Below, one piece after another: positions 53,150 through 64,000 of a stretch of DNA of 64,000 bases. The DNA is from Pecten maximus (taxonomy: Eukaryota), in the NCBI RefSeq assembly GCF_902652985.1, contig NC_047030.1, forward strand, positions 10,540,001-10,604,000. Reading direction: 5' to 3'. Under the pieces are notes generated by a model. The model was given only the letters and a program-made list of their open reading frames with translations, searched no databases and was not told the origin of the DNA. Position 1 is the stretch's first letter, and each line of letters opens with the position of its first letter. Made by a program: the position numbers and the translations under genes.

Positions 53150-53537
53150 GAGTTCTTTCCTGGAGGGGGAGTATGTAACCCTGGTAAATACTAGCCGCAA
53201 TAAACCGATCGAGCTAAAGAGAAGATCTCTCTAGCCGAGCGGTATCTTGCGGCTAGTATTTATCAGGGTTACATACTCCCCCTCCAGGAAAGAACTCGTC
53301 CTCGAGTTTCCAGGGGTAACAGCGATGCTTTCGCAAGCAGCGATGAGCATCATTCCCGAGTCCCTACATTGGCGCCAATGTAACAGAGTGCAGGATTAAT
53401 TAAATTCAAATCACTGCCTCCGCTAGGGATCGAACCTGGGACCTCTGGCTTACTAGTCTTACGCTCAACCGATCGAGCTAAAGAGAAGATCTCTCTAGCC
53501 GAACGGTATATTGCGGCTAGTATTTACCAGGGTTACA
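53150..53537 (-). mobile_element. TRIM (Helenus-like): 159-bp LTR 53537-53379, PBS, ~105-bp internal region with PPT, partial second LTR from 53273, fold-back 53150-53202
   Basis: LTR TGTAAC...GTTACA; TGGCGCCAATGTAGGG directly after it; GGAGGGGGAGTA before the second TGTAACC; tRNA-like core in the LTR. Confidence 0.88.
53415..53489 (-). ncRNA. tRNA-Thr(AGT)-derived sequence with Pol III A and B boxes inside the TRIM LTR (not a functional tRNA)
   Basis: TAGCTCGATCGGTTGAGCG (A box, D arm), CTAGTAA anticodon loop, GGTTCGATCC (B box); acceptor and anticodon stems are imperfect. Confidence 0.75.
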
Positions 53538-54074
53538 CATGTATCGAATAGATAAGGATGATATGCACTCCATTCGGGGAAGTGACTTTCAAATGTCTGT
53601 TAATTGCATGTGATGTCTATTGAGCACTGCATGTAAATTTGTATTTCGCTGGTCTTGTGATTATCTTAACTTTATACACGACACGACACATTTCAAAGGC
53701 ACAGACTAAAACGTAATCAATTCCTTAGATAACATGACCGGAGACTATATTTACCAGTGAGGACAATCAGACAACAAGTTCCTAAAAATAATTAAAAATG
53801 TACGAAAAGGTCATGTGTCCTGTAGCTGGATTAAAATTTTGGTGCCTGAGAGTGTTTCATTACGTCACAAGACCTTCATTTATATTACACTCTACTTGAT
53901 GCTTTCAGGTGTGTGAAAAGTGTAAATTGAACATAGGATCCGACTTCGAACGTTTTTGTGTTAACTGTTTTCGATTATCGCAGTGTACGGCTTAGAAACC
54001 AGTATGTGGAAAAAGCCACAGTAACATTTTGATTAGACTTTGTAATGTATATCATGATATAATACCATTGAACT

Positions 54075-55033
54075 AACCATGACTTTGCTTGGTTTCAGCG
54101 ATTAAGCCATGACTTTGCTTTGCTTTCAGTGATTTAGCCATGACTTTGCTTGAATACTACTGATTTAGCCATGACTTTGTTTGACTATCAGTGATTTAGC
54201 CATGATTTTGCTTTGCTTTCAGTGATTTAGCCATGACTTTGCTTGAATACTACTGATTTAGCCATGACTTTGTTTGACTATCAGTGATTTAGCCATGACT
54301 TTGCTTTGCTTTCAGTGATTTAGCCATGACTTTGCTTGAATACTACTGATTTAGCCATGACTTTGCGTGACTATCAGTGATTAAGCCATGACTTTGCTTG
54401 AATACTACTGATTTAGCCATGACCTTGCTTGACTATCAGTGATGAAGCCATGACTTTGCTTGAATACTACTAATTTAGCCATGACTTTGATGGACTATCA
54501 GTGATTAAGCCATGACTTTGCTTGAATACCAGTGATTTAACCATGACTTTGCTTGACTATCAGGTATTTACCATGACTTTGCTTGACTATCAGTGATTTG
54601 ACCATGACTTTGCTTGATATCAGTGATTTACCATGACTTTGCTTGACTATCAATGATTTGGCCATGACTTTGCTGGACTATCAGTGATTAAGCCATGACT
54701 TTGCTTTACTATCGGTGATTTAGCCATGACTTTGCTTGACTATCAGGTATTTACCATGACTTTGCTTGACTATCAGTGATTCAGCCATGACTTTGCTGGA
54801 CTATCAGTGATTAAGCCATGACTTTGCTTGACTATCAGGTATTTACCATGACTATGCTGGACTATCAGTGATTTAGGCATGAATTTGCTTGAATACCAGT
54901 GATTTAACCATGACTTTGCTTGACTATCGGTGATTTAGGCATGACTTTGTTTGACTATCAGTGATTCACCATGACTTTGTTTGACTATCAGTGATTTAGG
55001 CATGAATTTGCTTGACTATCAGTGATTAAGCAT
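54075..55033. repeat. 30-31-bp satellite, left part
   Basis: Unit GCCATGACTTTGCTTGACTATCAGTGATTTA, about 31 copies, with a local 93-bp trimer periodicity. Confidence 0.97.
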
Positions 55034-57433
55034 TGTCACGAAGCATATTAGCAAAGTAAGTATTTTAGTATGTAATATATAGTATATTTTGTTACAGAGT
55101 ATGGTATTTCGTTCCGATATGTATTGGACGAAGATTTCGGACATTATACTGACCAATGTACAGGTAAAAGTATTCACACACAGTCACTGACCGCCATACT
55201 GGTAAGACGTGTGTCATTTTTGAGGCCATAACCAAACATAGAGTCGCAAAGACCACCAATTAACGAGGTAAGTATCTTTTACTACCATCTTATTCACTCT
55301 ATGCAAACCTGTATTACTATATTTTTTCTATTTCCAACGGGTTTTTAGATCATTTACAGTGTGCATGTATTAAACAGGTAGGTTTAGGCTAGGTACGGGT
55401 GCGCGTCACTCAAGCGTAACTTTTTTACGTGTACATTGTGCGATTACAGTTGGCCACATCGATGTATAGTACACATTATAGTAATTGTAGAGCATAATAC
55501 TAAATTCTACCTGTATGTTATACTATATAAGATGTATATATCATCATCATCATTTATTCTGCTGCGCAGAACTTGTCATACATATACTGTATAATACATT
55601 GTAGTAACTGTTGGGTCAATTCTGATTCATTTATCTATGTTAGTTTGTCTATTATATAGATAATAATATAAATACATGTATATACATAGAGATATATGGA
55701 CATGCACACTAGGTCATTATAATATGTGTCGTTTAGTCATTTTGTTGTTTAGTTGTAGCTTGATGCATTTAGGAAATGTAATTATTATATCAATATGAAT
55801 GGTTTATGTATGGTGTGTAAAAGTTCTTATGGCGCGTTGGCATAATTTTATACGTCTGTACATTACAGATGTCTGGTTTTCACGTTGGGACATGGACCCA
55901 AACAAACACGGCCTGAGGTGGATGGATTTGTGGGGAAGACAACTGACGGTGGATTATGTCGGTTCCACATAGAGGAGCACTCGCAGAACCTACTATACGA
56001 TAGGTGCAGCAGTGGCACATAGAGGTCAGAGTGGCTTGCTGGATACAGGCTGCGGCTCCAGCAGTGTGTCATCATCAGATGATATATGGTTTGGGAACGT
56101 CCTTATTTGGTTAAGCGAAACCATGGACTGTTCAAACGACCACGTTTCGTCATTTTGTCATATCCTATGACAGCCATATGGAGGAGACAACATTTGTGTA
56201 GGCCAGGAGACAACATTTGTTTAGGCCAGGAGAATCGATGAACTTTTCGGAGACATTTATATATATGCAGTGTAAATACCATCTGAGTGAGTGAAAGAGT
56301 TGTGTGTTTAATGGGTAGAGTGTGTATTGTGTATATTTGTAGTAAATACATTGTAAATATTGTAATCATCTCCCTTGTTTATTTTGAGATTCACCGCCGC
56401 ACTCCTACACTACAATTTTGGTGGCAGCGATGGGATTGTTGTTGGTGTATTTCATTTCAACAGGTAGATTATCATTAGTATCTTCTGATAGCTATAGACC
56501 GTAGGTGTTAGGATCTTTGACCCGATTTCTCTTTGCTGGGCTGTACTTTATCTTCTTTACTGGAAGTATTGGACCGGATTGTATTCCGCTAGAGGTAAGA
56601 AGATCATTCCATTTCATGACCAAGGTAAGTAAGCATGTTTATTTGCTTGATCCTCTTGTAAGTTTTAGTTGTAAGCCAGGTGGTGTTTACTGGTAGTTTA
56701 CTATTACGAGACTCAACAGTGAAGATGGCTACTATACAGTAACTACTGGCACTTGGTAAAGAGATGAGGTATGAAGGGGAGGACTTGCAGAGATTTGTTA
56801 GTGAACAGCAGGCTTTACAGCGAGAGGACAGAGCTGATGCGAGAGCGGAGCAGCAGGCTAGAAGAGCAGAGCAACAGGTTCAGGCACAGAGGGAACATGA
56901 GGTGAAAATGCAGGAACTCAGACTTCAGGCGGAGTTAACCATTGCGAAGGAGAAGAGGGAGACAGCTACTAAACAGGAGGCTTTACTCAAGGAAATACTG
57001 GAATTGGAACAGCATGTCGCACAGAAGGAGCATTTGAGGAAGATGGAGCTCGCAGAAGCTGAGGAGAAGAAACCCCATATTGTGCACCAGACGGCAACAT
57101 CCTCTTCTATGAAGGGTCCGAAACTTCCACCATTTGAAGAAGGAAAGGATAGAATGGACGCCTACATCAGTAGATTTGAGCGTTATGCTACTGCACAGAT
57201 GTGGGAGAAGCAGAACTGGGGAGCAAACCTTAGTGCGTTGCTCAAGGGTAGAGCATAAGATGTTTTTTCTAGACTTCCGGTGGAAAGGGCGCTGGATTTC
57301 GATATTTTGAAGACAGCACTTTTGAAGAGGTTTGAGCTTACCGAAGAAGGATTCGGGAAGAAGTTTAGATCAGCTAGACCTGAAGTGGGAGAGACGTTCG
57401 CACAGTTTGCCGTCAGACTGGACAGCTATTTTT
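55034..57433 (+). mobile_element. 3'-truncated Gypsy element: 5' LTR 55034-56414, tRNA-Leu PBS 56419-56437, gag fragment
   Basis: TGTCACG...ACTACA followed by TGGTGGCAGCGATGGGATT; gag-like ORF; abrupt return to satellite at ~57435. Confidence 0.88.
56725..57433 (+). pseudogene. Gypsy gag pseudogene
   Basis: Coiled-coil N-terminus, PKLPPFEEGKDRMDAYISRFERYA, LSALLKGRA*DVFSRL...LLKRFELTEEGF; premature TAA at 56740 and 57256; truncated. Confidence 0.88.
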
Positions 57434-57435
57434 CT

Positions 57436-58836
57436 GTGATTTAGCCATGACTTTGCTTGAATACTACTGATTTAGCCATGACTTTGCTTGACTATCAGTG
57501 ATTAAGCCATGACTATGCTTGACTATCAGGTATATACCATGACTTTGCTTGACTATCAGTGATTTGGCCATGACTGTGCTTGAATACTACTGATTTAGCC
57601 ATGACTTTGATGGACTATCAGTGATTAAGCCATGACTTTGCTTGACTATCAGTGATAAAGCCATGACTTTGCTTGAATACCAGTGATTTAACCATGACTT
57701 TGCGTGACTATCAGTGATTTAGCCATGACTTTGCTTGACTATCAGTGATTTAGCCATGACTCTGCTTGACTATCAGTGATTTACCATGACTTTGCCTGAC
57801 TATCAATGATTTAGCCATGCCTTTGCTTGACTGTCAGTGATTTACCATAGCTTTGCTTGACTATCAGTGATTTACCATGACTTTGCATGACTATCAGTGA
57901 TTAAGCCATGATTTTGCTTGACTATCAGTGATTTAGCCATGACTTTGTTTGACTATCAGTGATTTAACCATGACTTTGATGGACTATCAGTGATTTACCA
58001 TGACTTTGCCTGACTATCAATGACTTAGCCATGACTTTGCTTGACTATCAGTGAATTACCATGACCTTGCATGACTATCAGTGATTTAACCATGACTTTG
58101 CTTGACTATCAGTGATTTAGCTATGACTTTGTTTGACTCTTAGTGATTTACCATGACTTTGCCTGACTATCGGTGATTTAGCCATGACTTTGCTTGACTA
58201 TCAATGACTTACCATGGCTTTGCTTGACTATCAGTGATTTACCATGACTTTGCATGACTATCAGTGATTAAGCCATGATTTTGCTTGACTATCAGTGATT
58301 TAGCCATGACTTTGTTTGACTATCAGTGATTTAACCATGACTTTGATGGACTATCAGTGATTTACCATGACTTTGCCTGACTATCAATGACTTAGCCATG
58401 ACTTTGCTTGACTATCAGTGAATTACCATGACCTCGCATGACTATCAGTGATTTAACCATGACTTTGCTTGACTATCAGTGATTTAGCCATGACTTTGTT
58501 TGACTCTTAGTGATTTACCATGACTTTGCTTGACTATCGGTGATTTAGCCATGACTTTGCTTGACTATCAGTGACTTACCATGACTTTGCCTGACTATCA
58601 GTGATTTACCATGACTTTGCGTGACTATCAGTGATTAAGCCATGACTTTGCTTGACTATCAGTGATTTACCATGGTTTTGCTTGACTATCAGTGATTAAG
58701 CCATGACTTTGTTTGACTATCAGTGATTTACCATGACTTTGCGTGACTATCAGTGATTAAGCCATGACTTTGTTTGACTATCAGTGATTTAGCCATGACT
58801 TTGCTTGACTATCAGTGATTTATCCATGACTTTGCT
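57436..58836. repeat. 30-31-bp satellite, right part
   Basis: Same unit, about 45 copies, with a duplicated multi-unit block (~57850-58190 vs ~58215-58555). Confidence 0.97.
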
Positions 58837-59354
58837 ATGTTTCTCAGGGTTTTACGTTTTGGTGAACTTAATGCATTGTTCTGACGTACATTTTTGAGTG
58901 AGTTTTTCATACTGACTGTGCTCAAAAGTAAAAAACGGATCATTACCTGTTTACAGCTTTTATAGCGAGACAGTTGTTTGAAGGCCAAGTTGGTCACACA
59001 AAAATCGGTACCACTTTTTTACCGCTTGGTCATACAAAACATTTTTTGAGATAATGAGGATACGTTAAGCTCTCTGCAATGGAGATAACATTGATGATGG
59101 CTTTTCAAATGTCACGTGCGCTGCTGGAGTGCGTGCAGTTAAGACAGGTATGTTGCTGATTCCATGAAAAAGCTAGAGGTACATTGTTGCAAAAGTAACA
59201 CAAAATTTAGAAATGTTGATATATATTAATGAATAGTAGTAATAATTATGTTATATGCTAGGGTTCCTCTAATTTCCCTTACTTTGTTATTCCTATACAC
59301 GGATGCCTAGTCGGCAAATACTATAGAAGACAGGAACTACTTGTCTGTCGACAC

Positions 59355-59597
59355 GGAGATGTAAGTGTGCAGGTGTGGAGATATAAGTGTGCAGGTGTGG
59401 AGATGTAAGTGTGCATGTGTGCAGATGTAAGTGTGCAGGTGTGGAGATGTAAGTGTGCATGTGTGCAGATGTAAGTGTGCAGGTGTGGAGATGTCAGTGT
59501 GTAGGTGTGCAGATGTAAGTGTGCAGGTGTGGAGATGTCAGTGTGCAGGTGTGGAGATGTAAGTGTGCATGTGTGCAGATGTAAGTGTGCAGGTGCT
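59355..59597. repeat. 22-bp minisatellite
   Basis: GTGGAGATGTAAGTGTGCAGGT, about 11 copies. Confidence 0.95.
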
Positions 59598-62500
59598 GTG
59601 ACATCACGATAGTCGATGAGTATCGGGTAAACAGGTGAGTGTCCCATTCCTAGCCGTATTGTCATGCTATTATTACCTATCATTAATTTATTAATGTATT
59701 ATTTTTTACTATTCATTTGTTTATAAATAATTTTTCCTAGTATTTCTGAAAAGACATATTGGAATGTTTTGTCGGTCTGGCCTAAAATAAAACCCAACTT
59801 TCTGAAATCTTATGCAATGGAGGCTGGAGCAACTTTTTATCTACGCACTACAGGAGTTGCTTGATAGAATAATTTAAGGTGTTGAATGCAAGTCTTATTT
59901 TGTCTCTTATATAACGTATTTCTTTATATTCTACAATTGATGTTTAATACACCTCGGTCTAGTCGGCAGATACCATTTACATGGTTAAGGGTAGATGAGA
60001 CCAATATTCAATATATCTTTTTAAAAATCAAATGAGGGATCATTTGGGTAATGTTATTGCAAAGAAAACTATTTAAGGAAAGGTTGTGTCTCTTTATGTG
60101 TTTAATTTTTGTGTTAAGATCGGTAATACGCTACCAGTCACTTTACTTTATTGTTGCCTTATTCCGATATATATTGAGTCAATACTAATTGTCTAATAAG
60201 TTTATTAGCTAAACAAATAGAATTCTTGTTTTTACAAAGTCTCTGTATTCGTAGAAAGAATAATGTAGACAGTAGATCGAATGTCATTAACAACATTTTA
60301 TAACAATCGAATCGCCTTCTTTGCAAGTAATATCTGGACAAAATTTTACGAACTGATTTGAGATAGAATTTGACTGGCTGCTTGCCGCAATACATGTGTA
60401 ACTAAATATCCTTTAAACAGTAGCATACAACATCACATTATTAAGTATATTAATAATATATTAGTATATTCACTTTGTTAAGGTTATTGCAAGATATTGT
60501 TAACTATAGCAGTGATATTCCTCAGCTGCATAAAATCTCTACGACATCTAGCAGTTAGATTTTCACATTAAACACCATGATCTTTTCCGCCAAATAATCC
60601 GGATTTTCTCCACCTGTGTCTTCCCGGCGATTTGTCTGGTTTTTTTGGTTTTTGTTTGTTTTATTATAGACCATCTTCTCTTGTGATTGGTCAAAAATTA
60701 GGTTTAGATGACACCAATTTTCTTTGTGACACTCACTGGAGTCAAAATACCCACTGAAGGTTTTTTTCTTTTTTAAATTTCTTCGGTAATGTTTAAGCAG
60801 AAGGAAATACACGAGGAATAGTCATCTCAGTAGTTTAAAACGGCACAGCGACGACAGTCTATACAATGCCTGTCACAACAAATGCATAAAAGTGTACCTA
60901 GTGTTATAAAAGCATCCAATTATTAACACAAAAAATATCACAGTGGTCTAATAATGATCGTTTTTTGAGACTTCCGATGATAATCCAATAAGAGTAGCCT
61001 GTCGTGTTAACCATTGATTGGCAGAGGAGTCGATACTCATGCAGGTAAAAATAGGTAGTTTGCATATTTATATAAAGAAGGAGTCAAAAAGGTGAAGTTG
61101 TTACCTAGGTGAGAGCTTTGGTTTTTTTTTCTTTTATAATCAAAGTAGTTATGTTTTGTTGGTATGGTGTAAATTATGAAAATTATTTAACAAGTACACT
61201 CAACCAAACTTCTACTCACTTATAACAGGGGACAGACAGGTTTACTTGATTTCAGTCACATGACTAGAGATTATCCAAAAAGTCATGTGACTGAAAAAAG
61301 GGCTGTTTTATGCGACTGCCAGGTTGTGTCCCGCTCTGTCCTTCTTTAGGCCAGGTCTAGAGGCACTAGACTTACACACTTTGTGTTCTGGAGACCGATA
61401 ACTGCGAGTTGGAGGTATTGGTATGTGTTGGTGGGTTTACAGTAAATAATGAATGTTAGGGAGTGCATTGTTTGTTTGTGAATAATTGTATTATTTGATT
61501 ATTTTATTTTTATTTTACTGTCGTCATCTTTGCTTCGCTGGCAACTTGAGTACTTTAGTATGGACACAGACAACGTTCTACGAGATACTTAAACGCCCCA
61601 GAATATTCGGTTTTTTAAATGTAAATCTTATTTTTTTTTGTATATCACTAACTTATTTATGTTACTTTATCGACACAAATGATGAACGTAAACGTTTGTT
61701 TACAATTTGAAGATTCATTTTTTTTTATCATTATTTTTTTCAATTCACCAATTTGTAGAGGCATATCGATTGTGTTAAACATAAGCCATCCTCAGAAAGC
61801 CCAAGATAATTTGAATTTCATCACAACACCTTATACACAAAAGGTCATTCCAGATAAAAAAAAAAAAAAAAAAAGGCCACCCCCAAAAATGCCCTCTCCA
61901 CCCAAAATCCTGGATCCGCTTATGCATACGTACTCGATGCACCGAAACAAAAGATCGACCATTCTGCGTAACCCAAGAAAAAGTTAATGCGACAGGTTGG
62001 TAGAGATGGGGCATGCTTTTGTCTCTTCGAGATACAATATTAATCATTTTCCACTTTTAATCTAAGATATACAATTCGAAGCTGAATTCTTTGGAGTTGG
62101 GGGGAGGGGGGTAACATCATGAAATACTTTTGCCATTGTCTAGACACATACAACAACAAATTATTGTTTAAAATTGATTATAAGCACTCTTTGTTGGCGC
62201 TGTTGTATATTCTATTGTGGTTTACTAATTATTGATGATTTTTCCGTTCGGTTAATTTGAATATGCTGTTAACTAACTGACGTTTTTTGTTCTTTATGTC
62301 TTTATTGATTGACTGATTAGACTATGTTATTGGTAAAGAGAGGTATATACACCCGTGTAAGTTAATCATATTTTAATATGTAATGTTGGGGTTTATAATT
62401 GAATTGCGTATCATCTGTAGCTATAAGATACCCCAAACCAATATGTTGTGTGATGCTATCTTCGAATGTGCTGTTTTAATCAGGATGTGGTACATAAACA

Positions 62501-62628
62501 GATGTCATTGTAATTAGTATTCATTTACATTCCCTGTCTGGTGTGAAGACGTCTAAGGAATCCGATCATTGTCTAATATTTCCCATTGTTTTCCATTACG
62601 CTCTTTGATGTCTAGAATCAACATAAAT

Positions 62629-62683
62629 ATGGATTCGAAGTTCATTTGGATGTTCCTTGTAGGATACACTGTAATCGTGAAAG
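62629..62683 (+). CDS. First coding (signal peptide) exon of a probable paralog, MDSKFIWMFLVGYTVIVK(G); the rest lies beyond the window
   Basis: AG acceptor at 62614-15, 13-nt UTR, 55 coding nt ending AAAG|GT; same geometry as exon 48270-48203. Confidence 0.72.
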
Positions 62684-62857
62684 GTAGGACTTTTTTTATT
62701 TTTACAACTAAACGAAAATAGAAGAATGACTAATCTTAATTGATTAAGTGTGTTAGAGGTTGATTGTTATCATGTAAGAATAGTGTTAAACGTAGGGGTC
62801 TTTGTGTTGGAGTGTATGATGTATAACCCTAAATTGTAATGTATTGATTAAATGGGC

Positions 62858-63585
62858 GGGACACCAGGTTTGATGTGTAGGACGCAAGGTTTAATTGTTT
62901 GACGCACGGTTAAATGTATTGGGACGCCATGCTTAATGTGTAGGACGCTAGTTTTAATGTGTGGAACGCCAAGTTAAATGTGTTTGACGCCATTTTAAAT
63001 GTGTTAGACGTCAGGTTTAATGTGTTGAGACGCTGGGTGTAATGGATTGAACGTCAAGTCTAATGGGGAGAACGTCACGTTTAATGTATTTGGACATTAG
63101 TTTTAATGGGTTGGACGCCAGGTTTAATGTGTGGAACGCCATGTTTTACGTGTTTTGACGCCAGGTTTTACGTGTTTTAACGCCAGGTTCAATGTGTTGG
63201 GACGCCAGGTTTTATGTGTTGAGACGTCAGGTTTGATGTGTTGGGACGTCAGGTTTGATGTGTTGGGACGTCAGGTTTGATGTGTTGGGACGTCAGGTTT
63301 GATGTGTTGGGACGTCAGGTTTGATGTGTTGGGACGTCAGGTTAAATGTGTTGAGACTTCAGGTTTGATGTGTTGGGACGTCAGGTTTGATGTGTTGGGA
63401 CGTCAGGTTTGATGTGTTGGGACGTCAGGTTTGATGTGTTGGGACGTCAGGTTTGATGTGTTGGGACGTCAGGTTTGATGTGTTAGACGCCATGTTTAAT
63501 ATGTGGGACGCCAAGTTATATGTGCTTGAAGCAAGGTTTAATGTGTGAGAAGCCTGGTTTAATGTGTTTGGACGCAAGATTTAGT
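62858..63585. repeat. 22-bp minisatellite with homogeneous core and degenerate edges
   Basis: GGGACGTCAGGTTTGATGTGTT, near-perfect at 63220-63485. Confidence 0.95.
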
Positions 63586-64000
63586 CATTGGATCAAATGA
63601 TGAATTTTGTGAGGACATTCGAATCTGGAAACTGATGTTTATATTATCATTACTATTTGTGTAGGTAACATACCACAGAAGGATAGCCTTTCCATGGGTG
63701 ATTTTTTTTTGTTAAGAGTATTACAACTTTGTCATGATATGCAGTAAAAATAAAAAAATAAATCATTGTATACTATAATTGGTATACTTCATTATGATGT
63801 AGCTAATGCAGGCTTCCCGTTCCGAAAATCGTAATGATGAACATATGTCAAATGCAGATTAATTCTGTCTTTGGGATAGAGATACTTAATTTCGAATTGG
63901 ATTCAGAAAAAAAATACGTAGGGAATCGTGTCGTTTTGGGTAAAAAAGATTAATGTGTTTTGAAGTGGTTACCATGGTTTTTACAGGTCTGAACAACAGA

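Larger units (their letters stand above)
49145..53537 (-). mobile_element. Composite LTR retroelement insertion (tRNA-containing TRIM + Gypsy pol + Gypsy LTR + inverted LTR piece)
   Basis: Starts TG and ends CA; CATG at 49141-44 and 53538-41; sub-parts listed separately. Confidence 0.8.

Noticed and set aside
53415-53489. Functional tRNA-Thr gene
   Set aside because: Stems are mismatched and the sequence is an integral part of an LTR, partly repeated in the second LTR.
54075-58836. CRISPR-like array of ~30-bp repeats
   Set aside because: Units are contiguous with no unique spacers, there are no cas genes, and the context is eukaryotic.
59321-59683. His-rich 120-aa ORF
   Set aside because: Translation of the 22-bp minisatellite.

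Overview
AT-rich, intron-containing animal genomic DNA. The repeat types and gene style suggest a mollusc or other lophotrochozoan (inference). Main contents: (1) an intact Tc1 DD34E transposon (9991-11530); (2) a one-ended PIF/Harbinger element (~18290-26953) with an intact 4-exon transposase and the 3' exons of a convergent partner gene, carrying nested non-autonomous elements; (3) a 12-coding-exon host gene on the minus strand (35264-48257, 1026 aa by my manual splicing, predicted secreted) and what looks like the first coding exon of a divergently oriented paralog at 62629; (4) a chimeric 4.4 kb LTR insertion (49145-53537) flanked by CATG on both sides, joining a tiny TRIM whose LTR contains a tRNA-Thr-like sequence to a Gypsy pol and LTR through fold-back junctions; (5) a truncated Gypsy inside a 30-31 bp satellite; (6) many minisatellites, Helentron-type non-autonomous elements and MITEs. 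Most short ORFs in the track are repeat artefacts. All coordinates and alignments were read by eye and no database search was run.
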